Origin: a virus
Taxonomy: Duplodnaviria > Caudoviricetes
Strand: one strand, 5' to 3'
Virus record (IMG/VR): IMGVR_UViG_3300018495_000088
Location: 45,163 to 109,162 of that record
DNA length: 64,000 bases
Position 1 is the stretch's first letter. Each line of letters begins with the position of its first letter. Shown here in pieces: positions 11,901 to 18,831 of the stretch. The notes below the pieces were generated by a model that saw nothing but the letters and a program-made list of their open reading frames with translations, did not search any database and had not been told where the DNA came from. The position numbers and the translations under genes are program-made.

Positions 11901-13017
11901 ATTAGGTAGCGATGTTAGCTGTTCTGATATTGAAGAGAAAGTTCTTATTGGAGAAAAAACAGTATTTACTGGCACAAACCATATTGATACAGGCATTAAA
12001 TTGCTTGCAGAAGATAGGAGTTTTGTTTTAGCCATCGATTATAAGATGGATGAAGAAAATGCTGCTGGTGCTGTTTTGGCACAATGCTTCTCAGGACTTG
12101 ATACAAGCGGTTTCCAGTTAGCATATAATAGCGGGGTAAAACTTGCATGGGGCAGTTCGTCTATGTCTCCATCGGCTGTTTCAAATCGAGAAATGCTTGT
12201 TATTAGGCACATCAAGGGCGAGAATGGCTTGCATGTTTATGCTTCTCAAGTAAAAGCAAATGCACCTCTGTATGGGCATTTGAGTGGAGCTCACAATATG
12301 GCTCATAATGTGTCTCTGGTGTTTGGTTGCAACAAGCTCGAAGATGGTTCTTATGAACAATATGGCATGGGAACAATTTATTGGAGTAAAATCTGGTATG
12401 CAGATTTGGGTGACGAGATGTGTCATCAACTTGCGTATTGGCCGCATGAAGAATTAACACTTGAAGCGTGTTGCGAAACTAATGGTTTATTGAAGCGTAA
12501 TTATTTAAGTGACAATTCTGGTGCACGTTCTTCTGTAACATTTATAGCGTCTACTGTATTATCTCAGCCTATGATTATGGACGAATCTTCATCTTCGAAT
12601 AATGGCGGATGGAAATCATATTCTCTGAATGAATATTTGAATAATAGATTATATTATGCATTAGCAAGTCAGTGGAGGCAGCTGATTAAGCAAGTCAAAG
12701 TTAAATCTTCGGTTGGTAACAAATCTACTGAAATATCTAATTCTGATTGTTATATTTTTGTTCCTTCGATTACCGAGCTTGCTTCTAGCGTAACGGGAGA
12801 ACCTTATGTTAGCGAGGGCACATTAATTAGTCATTTTTCTTCAAATGAATCGAGAATTTGCCGTACATCTGATGGTAATCCCGTACAGTATTGGACGCGT
12901 TCTCCGCATGTTGGTTACACTAATTATGTTCATCGAATAGGCGACAATGGTGCACCCCAAGCGGTTACAGTATTAAATACGCAGGATGTTTATGTTAGAA
13001 TTATGCTTTCTATGTAA
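5917..13017 (+). CDS. Giant multidomain virion protein (2366 aa): BppU-like N-terminus, coiled coil, Ig/LamG-like domains, CotH-kinase-like domain, LRRs, InlB-B-type repeats, DUF6273-like C-terminus
   Basis: AAAGGAGG RBS; motifs IRFAWLVDEKVTHVAGNIKFEI (BppU-like), GQGTSS / DNRAKN / YDMDTSLG (CotH-like), LEYLDIRN..L...VDLSNCNNLIEL (LRR), FTVTFVNDDGTVL, YWTRSP. Confidence 0.75.
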   Translation: MALSFEESKKQLLAQQAAEAPAMFMMRRAAPASDFWIPHNGYRWFEDYYDDKISTVDDNKNIFVHDSQVNISQEVNSQFVPFEMMRRYDNIDLVNMALSIHFTTSDGYHGASNPVNVEYNDEKIRFAWLVDEKVTHVAGNIKFEIHADGAITDTKGNSYGYRWKSQSTDKFNIVKSLCEDPNCEPVAVSDDWVVEIVESVTASVAEKIAEAEVGAEVAKAEAAAAKAETAASNAESAAETVVNNALVGYSTTTEMQEQIAQAIENADIDNKLTAYAKTETVNALIGDIGESESVVSYVDNAVKGVDVTEQLANYALKDEVPTKLSELENDAEYVTTSEMQEAIDSVDVSEQLVDYAKAKDVDDKISVVQTQVDTNKGDISALSGKVSTNETNIGDLTSNATTLSTKITDLEAAVKEMADQAGYEYYATYGKTTLEATGEEAENVFTLYEVDGSSESVKSQFVITGGSGGGNVAATTLTVTRVTSSPLTITTSDKAIIEFNCTSYDADGETVDCSYTWKKGSSVIMSGSLAQGLNTFDLSEYVTTGTHKFTLTVTDEGGSMSVKTWTVQMVDVHIESSFNDQRTYVAGDTVSFTYTPYGAIPKTVHFKLNGVELESVNTTASGLLQSYTLPAQTHGAHLLEVWMTATVNSVEIETPHIYKDIIWYDSESDIPVIGCIYRYDYYGIVAARQYNATEITYVVYDPSAENPTVIRYVDGVSIGEQTLEGATDTWSYKSSEVGEKILTIECGVTSVEIKLDVAELGINIEPVIAGLAFDFNPTGYSNNDTDRIWSDAKTGIKMSVSDNFDWTNGGYQRDENGDTYFCVKAGTTATINYNLFGSDYDPKATGKEFKFVFKTTNVKKRSSTFLSCIDGETPIGLDMKVENAKIYASNKELYVPYCEEDIIEFEFNINKDTDIPMVMTYEDGVANRPLIYAADSSFMQLAAQPITIGSADCDVHIYRMKAYDTSLTDKEILTNFIADARNADEMIARYNRNQIYDENNALTPETLAEKCPDLRIIMIDAPWFTNDKDDKVGGTTIRQIYKGGDALLDNWTCTGAKHSGQGTSSNKYGYAGRNIRLIMNEDESLFTFNGTNEDGTPITGKKVTFTRGSVPTDYMNIKVNIASSENQNNAQFAQRYNEFNPVVRLAKVDDPKVKDTMEFHNCVVFIRENEEDLTKHREFNDTSWHFYAIGNIGDDKKTDKTRVNDSKDPKECIVEITDFDVPLAEFPTGIGGDYIAPDEFVAGNTAYDNLYSEYAYDEEGKFKAFGAESYEFRYEMKGITDEQRQANIDAWREFYTFVITSTDEEFITNIENYFVLDSALYYYLFTERYLMVDNRAKNSFWHYGKCDDGIYRWDLCFAYDMDTSLGIDNTGKLILSYGQEDVDKDASGAYIYRAAESNFFCRIRDLFADRLKGMFQSRESLGAWSSTSLINQWDKAQSQFPEELWRLDIQRKYLRTYQGISIDNSIAGAQNPMFLEPMLNGRKKYQRRQFERNQELYMATKYVSTFAKDDFIRLRFNNPTNPVVKQDYTLYLTPYTDMYISAEFGNTAPIVFRAKAGVEYPVRRETASDTADIVLIYGASFIQAIGDLSKCYLGDNDFSKASRLQSLTIGSDVEGYENTFMTGLALGNNKLLEYLDIRNITGLNSVVDLSNCNNLIELRAEGSGATGVIFANGGKLEKAYIPAVTSLTMKNLNDLEVLDIASYEKLQKLVAENIHRIDTHAIVDASANLNTVRLVGINWSKNLNIQNTNVLDRMSDMRGVDNDGYENNTPVVTGYIWVASGKDREISEFNELWPYLTIEADAVTKQFTVTFVNDDGTVLDVQYVDAESLPVDPVTRDENPISIPTKASTISTQYEYTGWDSNFIPVWSDQIIKATYTEKVREYTVQYVSNNNVLQTSVAPYGTMVSYNGEIPTYTSGESARKYYLFDSWDKSGYVDGDKAINAIFDSCQYADKYFEGKELSSLRPVEVYMMTKLNAAGIISMADYIGAKDSLTIQLGSDVSCSDIEEKVLIGEKTVFTGTNHIDTGIKLLAEDRSFVLAIDYKMDEENAAGAVLAQCFSGLDTSGFQLAYNSGVKLAWGSSSMSPSAVSNREMLVIRHIKGENGLHVYASQVKANAPLYGHLSGAHNMAHNVSLVFGCNKLEDGSYEQYGMGTIYWSKIWYADLGDEMCHQLAYWPHEELTLEACCETNGLLKRNYLSDNSGARSSVTFIASTVLSQPMIMDESSSSNNGGWKSYSLNEYLNNRLYYALASQWRQLIKQVKVKSSVGNKSTEISNSDCYIFVPSITELASSVTGEPYVSEGTLISHFSSNESRICRTSDGNPVQYWTRSPHVGYTNYVHRIGDNGAPQAVTVLNTQDVYVRIMLSM

Positions 13018-13023
13018 AAGGAG

Positions 13024-13347
13024 ATGGCTAAAATGTATTATAAGGTTTTAAAAAACAATAAAGTTATTGATGTTTTAGACCGTCTTGATTATGTTAAATA
13101 TCAATCAAAGCATAAAGCTATGATTGTCTGCCCTCAACATGAGGCGCAGGCAATCATTTCTTCTGACGGCGAATATATTTGGCATGTGCGTGGATTATAT
13201 AGGGTTCCCGTGGACGGCTACGACACAGTTGAGCTTTTTGAGATTGATGAATATGAGTATAGACAGTTAAAAGTACTAAACTTAAAGACTCCAGAGGAAA
13301 TTATCGATGCATATACCTTGATGTTATTGGAGGGCAATGTGTTATGA
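13024..13347 (+). CDS. Small fibre-associated protein, XkdW/YomQ-like position (107 aa)
   Basis: AAGGAG RBS; between a fibre gene and an XkdX-like gene; helical C-terminus TPEEIIDAYTLMLLEG. Confidence 0.5.
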   Translation: MAKMYYKVLKNNKVIDVLDRLDYVKYQSKHKAMIVCPQHEAQAIISSDGEYIWHVRGLYRVPVDGYDTVELFEIDEYEYRQLKVLNLKTPEEIIDAYTLMLLEGNVL

Positions 13348-13484
13348 ACCAATTTATAAAAAGCTTGACTAGATTATATCAGCATAATAAAGTTGACGAG
13401 AAAAAATTAAAAGAATTATTAACGAATAAAAAAATTAATCAGCAGGAATACACTTATATTATTTCTGCTAAGAAGGCGGTGTAA
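13344..13484 (+). CDS. XkdX-like small protein (46 aa; not in the ORF track)
   Basis: GGAGGG RBS; ATGA overlap; MNQFIKSLTRLYQHNKVDEKKLKELLTNKKINQQEYTYIISAKKAV shows the XkdX-like ..KI...EY..I pattern. Confidence 0.65.
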   Translation: MNQFIKSLTRLYQHNKVDEKKLKELLTNKKINQQEYTYIISAKKAV

Positions 13485-13485
13485 T

Positions 13486-14352
13486 ATGTACACTATTTTA
13501 CTCGGCGAAAGTAATGAGCTTATAACAAGTGTGCGAGAAAGAATTATGCAGCGCAGCAAACTTGTCGATGCTCTTCATTTTCTTGTAGATCCCACATATA
13601 AAGGGATTGATATGTCAGACTTCACAGTGACGATGGAGTACGTTACGCCCGTTAGTAGAGAGTATCGAACTGAGACTCTTGTGAAGTCTGAGGCGCTGTA
13701 TAAGGAAAGATTAGAATATAAACTTCCTTTTGATACCGATTTAACTAAAGAAGCGGGTAAAATTGAAATAACACTTACATTTACTAAGGTAGAAATGGAT
13801 CCTGATGGCAATGCTATACAGCGTGTTAGAAAAACAAGCCCCGCTACTGTTACAATTATTCCTTGCGCCGCTTGGTGCAATGTTGTTCCAGATAGTGCTC
13901 TTAGCGCCCTTGACCAGAGACTTCTTAAAGTTGATGCGGCCATTTCTGCCCTTAATGATATGAGTACTTATCTTGATGATAACAAAGCAGACAATATTAT
14001 TATTGATATGGAGGCAAACACTATTCAGCTTACTGCAAATGGAGCGCCCATAGGAGATAAATGCGAAATGCCTGCCAAAGGACATGATTGCGGCATCGAA
14101 AGCTTTGTTATTAGCGTAGATGATGAGATTATTATTACTTTGACAACGGGTCAAGTTATTAATCTTGGTCAGGTAATCGGGGCGTCTGGCGCAACTTTTG
14201 TTCCGCATATTTCGGATGATCTTATTCTCAGCTGGACAAACGATAAAAACTTGGAGAACCCCAATCCCGTTGATCTTTCGCCTTTTAATGACTGGGTAGA
14301 GCTTGGCGACGATGGTGAAGAATCTACCCAGCATAATTGGGAATATATTTAA
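13486..14352 (+). CDS. BppU-like baseplate/fibre anchor protein (288 aa)
   Basis: LEYKLPFDTDLTKEAGKIEITLTF N-terminal domain; GATFVPHISDDLILSWTNDKNLENPNPVDL motif; ends NWEYI. Confidence 0.55.
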   Translation: MYTILLGESNELITSVRERIMQRSKLVDALHFLVDPTYKGIDMSDFTVTMEYVTPVSREYRTETLVKSEALYKERLEYKLPFDTDLTKEAGKIEITLTFTKVEMDPDGNAIQRVRKTSPATVTIIPCAAWCNVVPDSALSALDQRLLKVDAAISALNDMSTYLDDNKADNIIIDMEANTIQLTANGAPIGDKCEMPAKGHDCGIESFVISVDDEIIITLTTGQVINLGQVIGASGATFVPHISDDLILSWTNDKNLENPNPVDLSPFNDWVELGDDGEESTQHNWEYI

Positions 14353-14410
14353 TTGGTAATGACAGTTAAATCTGTTGTTATAAAATATTTTTAGAAAGGA
14401 AGGTGAAAAC

Positions 14411-15793
14411 ATGGCAAACGTGCGTTTTCTGAGTGTAAAATTACGCTCAACATTTGATGCGCTACTTACCAAAGAAGCAAATGCCTTGTATTGGATTGAG
14501 GAAACTCAAGAATTATACAAGGGCTCGACGCTTTATGGCACTGGTGCACTCGTAACGGATAAAGTCGCTGGACTTCTGTCGCCCGAAGACTATGTTAAGT
14601 TTCAGGAACTTACGGCTTCTGGTGGCGGACTTAGCAATTTAAAGCCTGTTGATGGAACCATTAGTATTCTTGATGATGCTAATGGCGGCAAAACTATTAG
14701 CGTGGCTATCTCGCCTGACGTTGGAAACCAGCTTGTTGCTGTTGAAGGCGGTTTGTTCGTTCCTACGGCAGTTGTACCTGAGTACTCTATCGAGAGGCAG
14801 ACAGAAGCAGAAGATGGGTTTGCAGTCAGCTATAAGCTGAAGAAGACTGTCGACGGCGTCGAATTCTATGTAGGAGACACTATTAACATCGCTCGCGACC
14901 TCGTATTGAAAAGAGCAACCCTTGAAACAGTAATTGAGGATGGTGTTCCTTATGAAGAGGCGAAAGTCGGTGATCCTTACATTAAAATGGAGTTTAATGA
15001 TGCTAATACATCTAATCTCTATATTCCTGTTAAGGGTCTTGTAGACAATTATTCTGCGGGGTCTGGCATCGAAATTATTGATAACGAAATTAACATTAAG
15101 CTTGCCGATGTGTCTCACGGTCTGCATTTTGTGGACGGCGCTATGTCTCTTGCTCTTGCAACTCGCAAGGTTGATGGTGCTATGTCTAAGGAAGACAAAC
15201 TTATCATTGATTCTATTCCTTCTGTTTATGTAGCACGCAAGTATGACATCACGGACACTCCTGAGGGAACACTTGTAAACTACGGTGAGAAGGAAATCCG
15301 TGTTATGTGTCCTGCTGATGCAAAATTCGTTAAACAAACCGTTGGCGCCAATGGCAATCCCAATATGTATTATATGACATTCAAGGCGTATGCTCCTGAG
15401 GGTGCCGTAAGCTTTAAAGAGGGCGACAGAGGTGTTATTATTGATGAAATACATACCTTCGATGATTCTGCTGCAGGAGTAGATGAGTTTGGTCGCAAAT
15501 ATAGCGTTGTTTGGCTTGCTCTCGCATCTTATGACCCCGCTTCTGATACTTGGACTTATTTTGGTAAGAATTCTTCTGAATCTAAGTATATTGGTTGGGA
15601 TTACGTGGTAGAGTGGTATGGCGAGAACGGCAAGATTGCTTGCGATTCTATTCGTATCAATCTTAGTAATGAAGATTGTCATAACAATACTAAGCCTTAC
15701 TATATGGCTAATTATGTCACCTCTGTTGAGGTAGACGAACTCAAGGAGTCTGTTTATGAAATTGAACGGGCTAATACTTGGGGCGAATTATAA
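14411..15793 (+). CDS. Fibre/appendage segment protein (460 aa)
   Basis: N-terminal domain related to those of 15858/18003/18832; GDTINIARDLV and YSAGSGIEI fibre motifs; ends TWGEL. Confidence 0.6.
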   Translation: MANVRFLSVKLRSTFDALLTKEANALYWIEETQELYKGSTLYGTGALVTDKVAGLLSPEDYVKFQELTASGGGLSNLKPVDGTISILDDANGGKTISVAISPDVGNQLVAVEGGLFVPTAVVPEYSIERQTEAEDGFAVSYKLKKTVDGVEFYVGDTINIARDLVLKRATLETVIEDGVPYEEAKVGDPYIKMEFNDANTSNLYIPVKGLVDNYSAGSGIEIIDNEINIKLADVSHGLHFVDGAMSLALATRKVDGAMSKEDKLIIDSIPSVYVARKYDITDTPEGTLVNYGEKEIRVMCPADAKFVKQTVGANGNPNMYYMTFKAYAPEGAVSFKEGDRGVIIDEIHTFDDSAAGVDEFGRKYSVVWLALASYDPASDTWTYFGKNSSESKYIGWDYVVEWYGENGKIACDSIRINLSNEDCHNNTKPYYMANYVTSVEVDELKESVYEIERANTWGEL

Positions 15794-15857
15794 TTAAATA
15801 CTTAAACAATATTAATAATTATTAAAACAAAATTTTAATTTTTAGGAGGAAATTATC

Positions 15858-17912
15858 ATGGCTAACGAAATGATCAAATTTTTAAGAGGTAACGTAGCTT
15901 CCCTTCCTGCAACTGCAACCCCTGGTGCAGTGTATTTTACCAAAGATGAAGGTCTTTACCTTGGTCTTGAAGATGGTTCCTACCATCGTTATGGTGATTT
16001 TATCACTGTAAATGATGTAGCTTCCCTTCCTGCTGACGGCGCACATGAAACTTGCATGTATTACTGCGTAGCAGAAAATGTACTTGCTAAGTGGAATGGC
16101 TCTAGCTGGACCCAGATTAACAAGCAGAAGACTCTTGCAGAACTTGGTGGTGTAGCTAAGTCTGTTTACGAGGCTAAGATCGCTCTTCTTGAGAAGGCTG
16201 ACTCTGATAACGCTACTGCTATTTCTGGTGTTGACACTAGACTTCAGGCAGCAGAAGAGAAGCTTAAGTCTGTTGCTACTACCGAGGGTCTTGGTGAACT
16301 TACTGATCGTGTAACCACTGCAGAGGGCGATATCGATGACCTTGAGGCTGCTATCGGTGAAGGTGGTTCTGTAACCCTTGCTATCGCTGATGCTAAGCAG
16401 GCTGGTCTTGATGCTAAGGCACTTGCTGAGACTAAGACTACTATGGCTGAGGTTGAAGCTAAGAACTATGCAACCAAGGAAGAAGCTAAGGGTTATGCAG
16501 ATGCTAAGGATACTGCTATTGGTAATGCTCAGGCCAAGGCGGACGAGGCTTATACTCTTGCTAGTGGCAAGGCTACTATGGAAGAAGTTAACACCGCTAT
16601 TGGCAATGCAGGTCACGCTGTAAAGTCCGAGGTTGACCAGGCTATTGCTGATCTCGATGCTGCTTATAAGAAGGCTGACGGCGACATGAAGACCGAGCTC
16701 GAAGGCAAGATTGGCGCAAAGGTTGACCAGTCTGCTTATGATGCTAAGGTTGCTGAGCTTGTTGGTGCCGACACTACCCTTCAGGGTAACATTGATGCTC
16801 TTGCTGGCAAGGTTGGTACTCCTACCGAGGGCAAGACCATCGTTGAGATGATTGCAGACGCTCAGACTGCTGCTACTTACGATGACACTAAGGTTAAGGA
16901 AGACATCAAGGCTAATGCTGATGCTATTGATGCAATCGAAGCAGATTACCTGAAGAAGGCTGACAAGGATGGTCTTCAGGAGCAGATTACTGCCAACGCT
17001 AATGCGATTACTCTTCTGACTAACGGTGTATCCGCAGAAGAGGTTGATGGTGTTAACGACCTTATCCAGTATGTTAAGGAGCATGGTCCTGAAGTAACTG
17101 GTATGAAGGAAGACATTGCCGATAACGCAAAGGCAATTTCTGACCACGAGACTCTTGCTGCTGAGACTTATGAAACTAAGACAGATGCTGGCAATAAGCT
17201 TACTGAGGCTAAGGGTTACACCGATACCGAGGTAGCTAAGGACAGAGCAAGACTTGATGCTCTTGAGCTGATTGACCATGACCACTCTAACAAGGGTGTT
17301 CTTGACGGCATTACCGCCGAGAAGGTATCCGCTTGGGATGCATCTGAGCAGAATGCTAAGGATTATGTTGATGGCAAGATTACCGATCTGAAGATTGGTG
17401 ACTATGCTAAGCAGTCCGACCTTGATACTCATACTGGAGATACTGTTGCTCACATCACTGCTGCAGAGCGTGAAGCTTGGAACAAGGCAGAACAGAATGC
17501 TAAGGACTATGCAGATGGTCTTGCAGGCAACTATGCCGAAGCTGAGCACGAGCATGTAGTTGCTGATATTACTGACTTCGAGGATACAGTAGAAGCAAGA
17601 ATTACCGCTAAGGGTTATGCTACTACTGGTTATGCAGACGACAAGGCTTCTGCCGCTCAGTCTGCTGCTGAAGCAAAGGCTGCAGAACTTGATTCTGCGC
17701 TTAAGACTGAACTTGAGGGCAAGATTACTTCTGGTGATTCTGCTACTCTTGCTTCTGCCAATGCTTATGCCGACACTGCTAAGAGCGAGGCAATTGCTGC
17801 TGCTAAGACCGAGACCGAGTCTCAGGTTAAGGCTCTTGCTGAGGGTCAGGTTACTACTAACAAGAATGACATTGCAAGTCTGTTTGAGCAGCTTCAGTGG
17901 GGTTCTTTTTAA
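15858..17912 (+). CDS. Ala-rich coiled-coil fibre protein, probably high copy number (684 aa)
   Basis: AGGAGG RBS; capsid-like codon bias; repeated AK.YAD/AK.YTD and HxH motifs; ends QWGSF; followed by a strong terminator. Confidence 0.7.
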   Translation: MANEMIKFLRGNVASLPATATPGAVYFTKDEGLYLGLEDGSYHRYGDFITVNDVASLPADGAHETCMYYCVAENVLAKWNGSSWTQINKQKTLAELGGVAKSVYEAKIALLEKADSDNATAISGVDTRLQAAEEKLKSVATTEGLGELTDRVTTAEGDIDDLEAAIGEGGSVTLAIADAKQAGLDAKALAETKTTMAEVEAKNYATKEEAKGYADAKDTAIGNAQAKADEAYTLASGKATMEEVNTAIGNAGHAVKSEVDQAIADLDAAYKKADGDMKTELEGKIGAKVDQSAYDAKVAELVGADTTLQGNIDALAGKVGTPTEGKTIVEMIADAQTAATYDDTKVKEDIKANADAIDAIEADYLKKADKDGLQEQITANANAITLLTNGVSAEEVDGVNDLIQYVKEHGPEVTGMKEDIADNAKAISDHETLAAETYETKTDAGNKLTEAKGYTDTEVAKDRARLDALELIDHDHSNKGVLDGITAEKVSAWDASEQNAKDYVDGKITDLKIGDYAKQSDLDTHTGDTVAHITAAEREAWNKAEQNAKDYADGLAGNYAEAEHEHVVADITDFEDTVEARITAKGYATTGYADDKASAAQSAAEAKAAELDSALKTELEGKITSGDSATLASANAYADTAKSEAIAAAKTETESQVKALAEGQVTTNKNDIASLFEQLQWGSF

Positions 17913-17939
17913 TAGAATCTAAATATAAATAAACTTAAT

Positions 17940-17970
17940 AGGCTAGTGGGGAAACCCACTAGCCTTCTTT
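17940..17970 (+). terminator. Intrinsic terminator
   Basis: Perfect 11-bp stem AGGCTAGTGGG-GAAA-CCCACTAGCCT then TCTTT. Confidence 0.8.
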
Positions 17971-18002
17971 AAAAAAAATAACCGAATGACGAGGAAACAA
18001 CG

Positions 18003-18669
18003 ATGGCAATACTTAAACCGCTTAGAGGACACAGTTCCTCATTGAATGCACGACCCTTATGTGACGGTTCTATTTATTTTTGCGTTGATACTGGCCTGTT
18101 GTATGTTGATTGTGAAGACGACAAAGGTAATTTGGTGCGTTTAAATGTGCTTGCGGATCGTGCCAATAAAGTAGGATATACGATAGACGATGTAGACGTA
18201 GAGATCAAAGCCTCAGAAATAGCTACTAAGGAATATGTGCGTGGGTTATTGATGGATAATGGAAATTTTACCAAAGAAATTATTTTTGAAATGATTTACC
18301 CCTGTTGGTTCCATTTATATATCGACATCAGATGTATCTCCGTTAGTTTTGTTTGGATTTGGTTCTTGGGAGAAAATTGAAGACAGATTTTTACTTGCGT
18401 CAAGTTCTACTTATTCAATTAATACTGAGGGCGGCGAAGCTACCCACACATTGACAGTAGATGAGATGCCTACGCACGCACACGATTTCAATAGACATCA
18501 ATTATGGACTACGGAAACTGCGCCCGAAACCAGTTTGGAACAAGGTTATGGCGTCACTAACAAATCCGTTGCGATTTATAGAGATACGACCACAACTGCG
18601 GGGAGCGGAATGTCTCACAATAATATGCCTCCGTATCTTGCGGTAAATATATGGAAAAGAGTTAACTGA
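18003..18669 (+). pseudogene. Fibre-tip/baseplate protein (T4 gp10 C-terminal-like domain) split by a +1 frameshift at 18299-18302; pseudogene, sequencing error or programmed shift
   Basis: Removing one C from TAC CCC TGT joins 18003..18380 to the 18349..18669 frame and restores IYPVGSIYISTSDVSP..LFGFGSWEKIEDRFLL...GGEATHTLTVDEMPTHAH...HNNMPPYLAVNIWKRV (221 aa). Confidence 0.75.
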
Positions 18670-18755
18670 TATATTTATTTTATAAAAATAGAATTTTTGG
18701 GCATATTTAATGCTTAAAACTTGAAAATTACAAATAATTAATTTTGAAAACAACA

Positions 18756-18805
18756 GTTGGCTTTGTAGTCAGAGACACGAAGAAAACTTTTTATATAAAG
18801 CCAAC
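18756..18805. repeat. Intergenic inverted repeat (12-bp arms, 26-nt spacer) upstream of the 1303-aa fibre gene
   Basis: GTTGGCTTTGTA (18756-18767) pairs with TATAAAGCCAAC (18794-18805), one G-U pair. Confidence 0.55.
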
Positions 18806-18831
18806 ATTCTTACTTAGAAGGGAGAATAGAA

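Noticed and set aside
14357-14380. Hairpin TAATGACAG-ttaaat-CTGTTGTTA as a terminator
   Set aside because: AT-rich stem with two G-U pairs and no adjacent U-tract; too weak to call
15882-17555. 557-aa minus-strand ORF
   Set aside because: Antisense shadow of the codon-biased 15858..17912 gene; S/L/I/V-rich with no RBS or recognisable motif
17924-17931. TATAAATA (also near 32169) and TTTTATAT[T/A]AA (near 4446, 18788, 60837) as phage late-promoter motifs
   Set aside because: Short AT-only words in AT-rich intergenic DNA; cannot be separated from chance without transcript-start data
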